From: Mycolicibacterium smegmatis
GTDB lineage: Bacteria; Actinomycetota; Actinomycetes; Mycobacteriales; Mycobacteriaceae
DNA: 32,000 bases
Assembly (NCBI RefSeq): GCF_001457595.1
Contig: NZ_LN831039.1
Coordinates: forward strand, 1,860,001-1,892,000
Direction: 5' to 3'
This document shows positions 27,707 through 32,000 of this stretch, piece by piece. Numbering within the stretch: position 1 is the stretch's first letter; the number at the start of each line of letters is the position of its first letter. The translations under genes were made by a program, and so were the position numbers. Below the pieces are notes generated by a model that worked only from the letters and a program-made list of their open reading frames with translations, did no database searches and was not told where the DNA came from.

Positions 27707-28606
27707 ATGAACCCACAGCTGATGCGTCTGTTCGACGACCAACGGGGTGTGGCCACCAGTGGTCAGATCCTCGGTCTCATCACGCGATACGCGTTCGACC
27801 AGGCATTGAAAACCGGTGTACTGGAACGGATCTGGCCGGGAATCTATTGCCTCGGTGAGCCGACCGAGCCGTTGCTGCTGCGCGGCCTGGACCTGTCGGC
27901 GGGCACGAGGGTTGCGGCCTGCCTGACGACCGCCGCAGCGTTGCACGGATTCGACACCGAGGGCTCGACGGATCTGCACGTGCTCAACCCACCGCGGCAT
28001 CAACTTCGATCCGTCGACGGTCTCGTGGTTCACCGCCGTGAAGGCGCCCCGCTGACCGTCATCGACGTCGACGGGGATGTCCGATATGTCACCGCGCCGG
28101 CATGGACGGCGGTGGAGGTGGCTCGCGCGCTGCGTCGTCCGCGGGCGTTGGCGACGCTGGATGCGGCCCTGCGCAGCGGGAAGTGCACGCGCGCCGACGT
28201 GTGGCGCGCGGCGCTGGATCAGGCCGGGCGCCGCGGCATCGTGGCGGTGCGCAATCTCATCGCGCTGGCCGACCCGCGCGCGGAGTCCCCGATGGAGAGC
28301 GAGGCCCGCCTGATGATGCTCGACGCCGGCCTTCCGGTACCCGAGCTGCAGCACGAGGTGATCGACGGGATGGGCAAGCTGCGTCGTCTGGACTTCGCCT
28401 GGCCCGAGTGCCGCGTCGCCGTCGAGTACGACGGGGACGACTGGCACGGCAATCCGGATGCGTTGCGCAACGACCGGGTGCGTGCGGCGGCGCTTTCGGA
28501 CGTCGGCTGGCTCGTGATCGCGATCGTGTCCGAGGACGTTCGGCTGCGTCCGCAGGAGACGGTCGGGCGTATCGATCGGCAGTTGGGTCTCGCTCGCGCC
28601 GCGTGA
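27707..28606 (+). CDS. Protein with AbiEi-like N-terminal wing and C-terminal DUF559/Vsr-like nuclease-fold domain
   Basis: QRGVATSGQILGLI...GVLERIWPGIYCL; C-terminal RRLDFAWPECRVAVEYDGDDWHGNPDALRNDRVRAAALSDVGWLVIAIVSEDV. Confidence 0.72.
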   Translation: MNPQLMRLFDDQRGVATSGQILGLITRYAFDQALKTGVLERIWPGIYCLGEPTEPLLLRGLDLSAGTRVAACLTTAAALHGFDTEGSTDLHVLNPPRHQLRSVDGLVVHRREGAPLTVIDVDGDVRYVTAPAWTAVEVARALRRPRALATLDAALRSGKCTRADVWRAALDQAGRRGIVAVRNLIALADPRAESPMESEARLMMLDAGLPVPELQHEVIDGMGKLRRLDFAWPECRVAVEYDGDDWHGNPDALRNDRVRAAALSDVGWLVIAIVSEDVRLRPQETVGRIDRQLGLARAA

Positions 28607-28663
28607 GCGTGCGCGGACTGCTGGGGGTTGACGGCGTGGCGTGGGGCAGACGCGCACGCTCAC
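28603..28663. terminator. Long-stem inverted repeat between convergent genes
   Basis: Perfect 13-bp repeat GTGAGCGTGCGCG (28603-28615) / CGCGCACGCTCAC (28651-28663), 35-nt loop. Confidence 0.55.
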
Positions 28664-28693
28664 GGTGCAGGGAGACCCCGAGCGCCAGAAAAG

Positions 28694-29188
28694 CTACGGG
28701 CCGATGTTGCGGGACGGGCGGGTCCGCAGGTCGTGGACATACTCCGGCGGTGCGCCCGCGATCTCGGCGGCGTCGGCCATGACGCCGATGTAGCGGGCCG
28801 AGGGCAGGCCGCCCTCCCACGCGTCGACGACATACAGCCAGGCCAGGACCGGGTCGGTGGTGGTGTCGGACGAGAGGCGGTCGACGCGGCAGCGGATCTT
28901 CTTGTGGATCCCCAACTCGGCGCCCTCCCAGCGGTCGAGGGCCTCCTCGTCTTCCTTGGTCATGTCGTAGAGCACGACGAACACCTTGGACAGCGGGTCC
29001 TCGACGACGGTGGCCAGCGCGCCTTCCCAGCCGATGTCCTCACCGCCGAAGGTCAGCCGCCACCCGTGCAGCCACCCGGTTCCCGCCATGGGCGAGTGGG
29101 GAGCGCGCTGGAGCATTTGCTCCGGATGCATGTTGGACCCATACGCGGCGTAAAGCGGCACGGTAAGACAGCTTAGTGGGCATCGCAC
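28694..29188 (-). CDS. Gamma-glutamylcyclotransferase-like protein (Rv3304-like)
   Basis: VPLYAAYGSNMHPEQMLQRAPHSP motif of the GGCT fold; between amiA1 side and lpdA as in M. tuberculosis; real start may be internal. Confidence 0.78.
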   Translation of the reverse strand: MRCPLSCLTVPLYAAYGSNMHPEQMLQRAPHSPMAGTGWLHGWRLTFGGEDIGWEGALATVVEDPLSKVFVVLYDMTKEDEEALDRWEGAELGIHKKIRCRVDRLSSDTTTDPVLAWLYVVDAWEGGLPSARYIGVMADAAEIAGAPPEYVHDLRTRPSRNIGP

Positions 29189-29202
29189 GTTAGGTTGGTG
29201 CA

Positions 29203-30618
29203 GTGGTTACCCGCATCGTGATCCTCGGCGGTGGCCCCGCCGGATATGAGGCGGCCTTGGTCGCCGCGGCCCGTGGACCGGAAGTCGCAGATGTCACCGT
29301 CGTCGACTGTGACGGCATCGGTGGCGCGTGCGTGCTGTGGGACTGCGTGCCGTCGAAGTCGTTCATCGCCGCGACGGGCGTGCGCACCGAGCTGCGGCGC
29401 GCACCCAGGCTGGGCTATTCGATCGATTTCGAGCAGGCCAAGGTCGGTCTGCCGCTGCTCAACGAGCGGGTCAAGGCGCTGGCCGCGGCGCAGTCGCGCG
29501 ATATCGCCGACCGGCTGCGCAGCGAGGGCATCACCCTGATCGCGGGCCGCGGTGAGCTGATCGACGACGTGCCCGGCATGGCCCACCACCGCATCAAGGT
29601 GACCGGGCACGACGGCACCGTGCAGCAGCTCACGGCCGATGTGGTGCTGATCGCCACGGGTGCGAGCCCTCGCGTGCTTCCCAACGCCGAGCCCGACGGT
29701 GAACGCATCCTGAACTGGCGCCAGCTCTACGACCTGGACACCCTGCCCGAACACCTCGTGGTCGTCGGCTCGGGTGTCACGGGCGCGGAGTTCGTCAACG
29801 CCTACACCGAGCTCGGCGTCGACGTGACCGTCGTGGCCAGCCGCGATCAGATCCTGCCGCACGAGGATTCCGACGCGGCCGCCGTGCTGGAGCAGGTGTT
29901 CGCCCAGCGCGGCGTGACGCTGGTCAAGAACGCGCGTGCCGAGTCGGTCACCCGCACCGGCGACGGGGTCCTGGTGACGATGACCGACGGCCGCACGGTC
30001 GACGGCAGCCACGCCCTGATGACGGTCGGTTCGGTGCCCAACACCTCGGGCCTGGGCCTGGAGCGTGTCGGCATCGAACTCGGCGCGGGTGGCTACCTGA
30101 CCGTGGACCGGGTCTCGCGCACCCAGGTGCCGGGTATCTACGCGGCGGGTGACTGCACGGGCCTGCTGCCGCTCGCGTCGGTCGCGGCGATGCAGGGACG
30201 CATCGCGATGTACCACGCGCTCGGGGAGGCCGTGGCGCCCATCCGGTTGCGCACGGTCGCCGCCGCGGTGTTCACGCGTCCGGAGATCGCGGCCGTGGGC
30301 GTGCCGCAGGCCAAGATCGACGACGGATCCGTGCCGGCCCGCACCCTGACGCTGCCGCTCGCGACCAACGCGCGCGCCAAGATGTCCAGCCTGACCCACG
30401 GTTTCGTGAAGATCTTCTGCCGCCCGGCCACGGGTGTGGTGATCGGCGGTGTGGTCGTGGCGCCGATCGCCTCGGAGCTGATCCTGCCGATCGCGCTGGC
30501 GGTGCAGAACGGCATCCCGGTGTCCGAACTCGCGCAGACGTTCTCGGTGTACCCGTCGCTGTCGGGCTCGATCACCGAGGCCGCGCGCCAGTTGATGCAG
30601 CACGACGACCTGGATTGA
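29203..30618 (+). CDS. lpdA: Flavoprotein disulfide reductase/NAD(P)H quinone reductase LpdA (Rv3303c-like)
   Basis: RIVILGGGPAGYEAAL FAD motif, GGACVLWDCVPSK redox Cys region, GIYAAGDCTG; followed by glpD. Confidence 0.88.
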   Translation: MVTRIVILGGGPAGYEAALVAAARGPEVADVTVVDCDGIGGACVLWDCVPSKSFIAATGVRTELRRAPRLGYSIDFEQAKVGLPLLNERVKALAAAQSRDIADRLRSEGITLIAGRGELIDDVPGMAHHRIKVTGHDGTVQQLTADVVLIATGASPRVLPNAEPDGERILNWRQLYDLDTLPEHLVVVGSGVTGAEFVNAYTELGVDVTVVASRDQILPHEDSDAAAVLEQVFAQRGVTLVKNARAESVTRTGDGVLVTMTDGRTVDGSHALMTVGSVPNTSGLGLERVGIELGAGGYLTVDRVSRTQVPGIYAAGDCTGLLPLASVAAMQGRIAMYHALGEAVAPIRLRTVAAAVFTRPEIAAVGVPQAKIDDGSVPARTLTLPLATNARAKMSSLTHGFVKIFCRPATGVVIGGVVVAPIASELILPIALAVQNGIPVSELAQTFSVYPSLSGSITEAARQLMQHDDLD

Positions 30619-30677
30619 TCAGGTTTGACCGGCCCGGCAACCGGCAAATCTGAGGCGTGCCACGTAGCCTGAGAACC

Positions 30678-32000
30678 GTGACTGTCCCGAAACCGGCTCC
30701 GGGCGACGGGCAAACCTTCCTGGGGCCACAGCAACGGGCGCAAGCCTGGGAGCAACTCGGCAATCAACAATTTGACGTCGTCGTCATCGGAGGCGGTGTG
30801 GTCGGCGCGGGCGCCGCCCTGGATGCCGCGACGCGCGGCTTGAAGGTCGCGCTGGTCGAGGCGCGTGATTTCGCCTCCGGTACCTCCAGCCGCAGCAGCA
30901 AGATGTTCCACGGCGGCCTGCGCTATCTCGAACAGTTGGAGTTCGGGCTGGTCCGTGAGGCGCTGCACGAACGTGAACTGTCGCTGACGACGCTGGCCCC
31001 ACATCTGGTGAAGCCCTTGCCTTTCCTGTTCCCGCTCACCAACCGGTGGTGGGAGCGGCCCTACGTGGCGGCGGGCATCTTCCTCTACGACCAGCTCGGC
31101 GGCGCGAAATCGGTTCCGGCGCAGAAGCATCTGACCAAGGCCGGTGCGTTGCGCCTGGCGCCCGGACTCAAGCGCAGCTCGCTGATCGGCGGAATCCGTT
31201 ACTACGACACCGTTGTCGACGACGCCAGGCACACCATGACCGTCGCGCGCACCGCGGCCCACTACGGTGCGGTGGTGCGCAGTTCGACGCAGGTGGTCGC
31301 GCTGCTGCGCGAGGGTGACCGGGTGACCGGCGTGCGGGTGCGTGACTCCGAGGACGGCTCGGTCACCGAGGTCAACGGCCACGTCGTGGTCAACGCGACG
31401 GGCGTGTGGACCGACGAGATCCAGGCGTTGTCCAAGCAGCGCGGCCGCTTCCGGGTGCGGGCCTCCAAGGGCGTGCACATCGTGGTGCCGCGCGACCGTA
31501 TCGTCAGCGAGGTCGCGATCATCCTGCGCACCGAGAAGTCGGTGCTGTTCGTGATCCCGTGGGGCACGCACTGGATCATCGGCACCACCGACACCGACTG
31601 GAATCTCGATCTCGCGCACCCGGCCGCGACGAAGGCCGACATCGACTACATCCTGGGCCACGTCAACACCGTGCTGGCGACACCGCTGACCCACGACGAC
31701 ATCGACGGCGTCTACGCGGGACTGCGGCCACTGCTGGCCGGTGAGAGCGAGGAAACCTCCAAACTGTCACGCGAACACGCCGTCGCGGTGCCCGCGCCCG
31801 GCCTGGTCGCGATCGCGGGCGGGAAATACACCACCTACCGCGTGATGGCCGCCGACGCGATCGACGCGGCCGCGGAGTTCGTGCCGACGCGCGTGGCACC
31901 GTCGATCACCGAGAAGGTTCCGCTGATGGGCGCCGACGGGTACTTCGCGCTGATCAACCAGACCGAGCATGTGGGACGGCAGTACGGCCTGCACCCGTAC
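30678..32000 (+). CDS. glpD2: Glycerol-3-phosphate dehydrogenase (runs off window end)
   Basis: Reads from GTG 30678: VTVPKPAPGDGQTFLGPQQRAQAWEQLGNQQFDVVVIGGGVVGAGAALDAATRGLKVALVEARDFASGTSSRSSKMFHGGLRYLEQLEFGLVREAL; no stop within the window, hence absent from the ORF track. Confidence 0.88.
   Translation, partial: MTVPKPAPGDGQTFLGPQQRAQAWEQLGNQQFDVVVIGGGVVGAGAALDAATRGLKVALVEARDFASGTSSRSSKMFHGGLRYLEQLEFGLVREALHERELSLTTLAPHLVKPLPFLFPLTNRWWERPYVAAGIFLYDQLGGAKSVPAQKHLTKAGALRLAPGLKRSSLIGGIRYYDTVVDDARHTMTVARTAAHYGAVVRSSTQVVALLREGDRVTGVRVRDSEDGSVTEVNGHVVVNATGVWTDEIQALSKQRGRFRVRASKGVHIVVPRDRIVSEVAIILRTEKSVLFVIPWGTHWIIGTTDTDWNLDLAHPAATKADIDYILGHVNTVLATPLTHDDIDGVYAGLRPLLAGESEETSKLSREHAVAVPAPGLVAIAGGKYTTYRVMAADAIDAAAEFVPTRVAPSITEKVPLMGADGYFALINQTEHVGRQYGLHPY

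Noticed and set aside
27596-28663. 355-aa minus-strand ORF
   Set aside because: Antisense to the coherent AbiEi/DUF559-like gene; His/Arg-rich composition with no fold signal.
29173-31694. Two ~500-aa minus-strand ORFs opposite lpdA and glpD2
   Set aside because: Antisense shadows; both sense strands encode well-recognised enzymes.
1-32000. Defence operon, prophage, CRISPR-Cas, tRNA or integrase-bounded genomic island
   Set aside because: No phage structural genes, cas genes, tRNA-like sequence or site-specific integrase was recognisable. All recombinases seen are IS transposases.

Overview
This window looks like the chromosome of a high-GC mycobacterium. M. smegmatis-like is an inference from gene content. 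The left edge carries amiB1-amiA1 (M20 amidohydrolases) and the right edge carries a gamma-glutamylcyclotransferase-like gene, lpdA and the start of glpD2. By recalled gene order these are neighbours in M. tuberculosis (Rv3306c-Rv3302c). Here they are separated by about 26 kb with two parts. (1) An L-arabinose/pentose module: an XylFGH-type sugar ABC transporter, a divergent six-gene operon (second sugar ABC transporter with two permeases, LacI-family regulator, HAD phosphatase) and araB-araD-araA. Four copies of a pseudo-palindromic CG-centred motif (TGTTAAYGCTCACA, or its close variant) lie in the two control regions. (2) A transposon island (about 17.4-27.6 kb) with nested insertions. An IS30 element with a 3-bp target duplication sits inside an IS3 orfB. 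An IS630 element flanked by TA sits inside codon 25 of an IS110 transposase. There are also a truncated IS110 fragment, a truncated membrane-protein gene, and an IS3-like two-ORF element with a 29-bp tandem duplication at its orfA/orfB junction. I found no CRISPR array, tRNA/rRNA or recognisable defence operon. The one defence-flavoured gene is an orphan AbiEi-like/DUF559-like protein. I do not see a convincing entirely new system. The strongest leads are the candidate sugar regulon and the nested-IS architecture.
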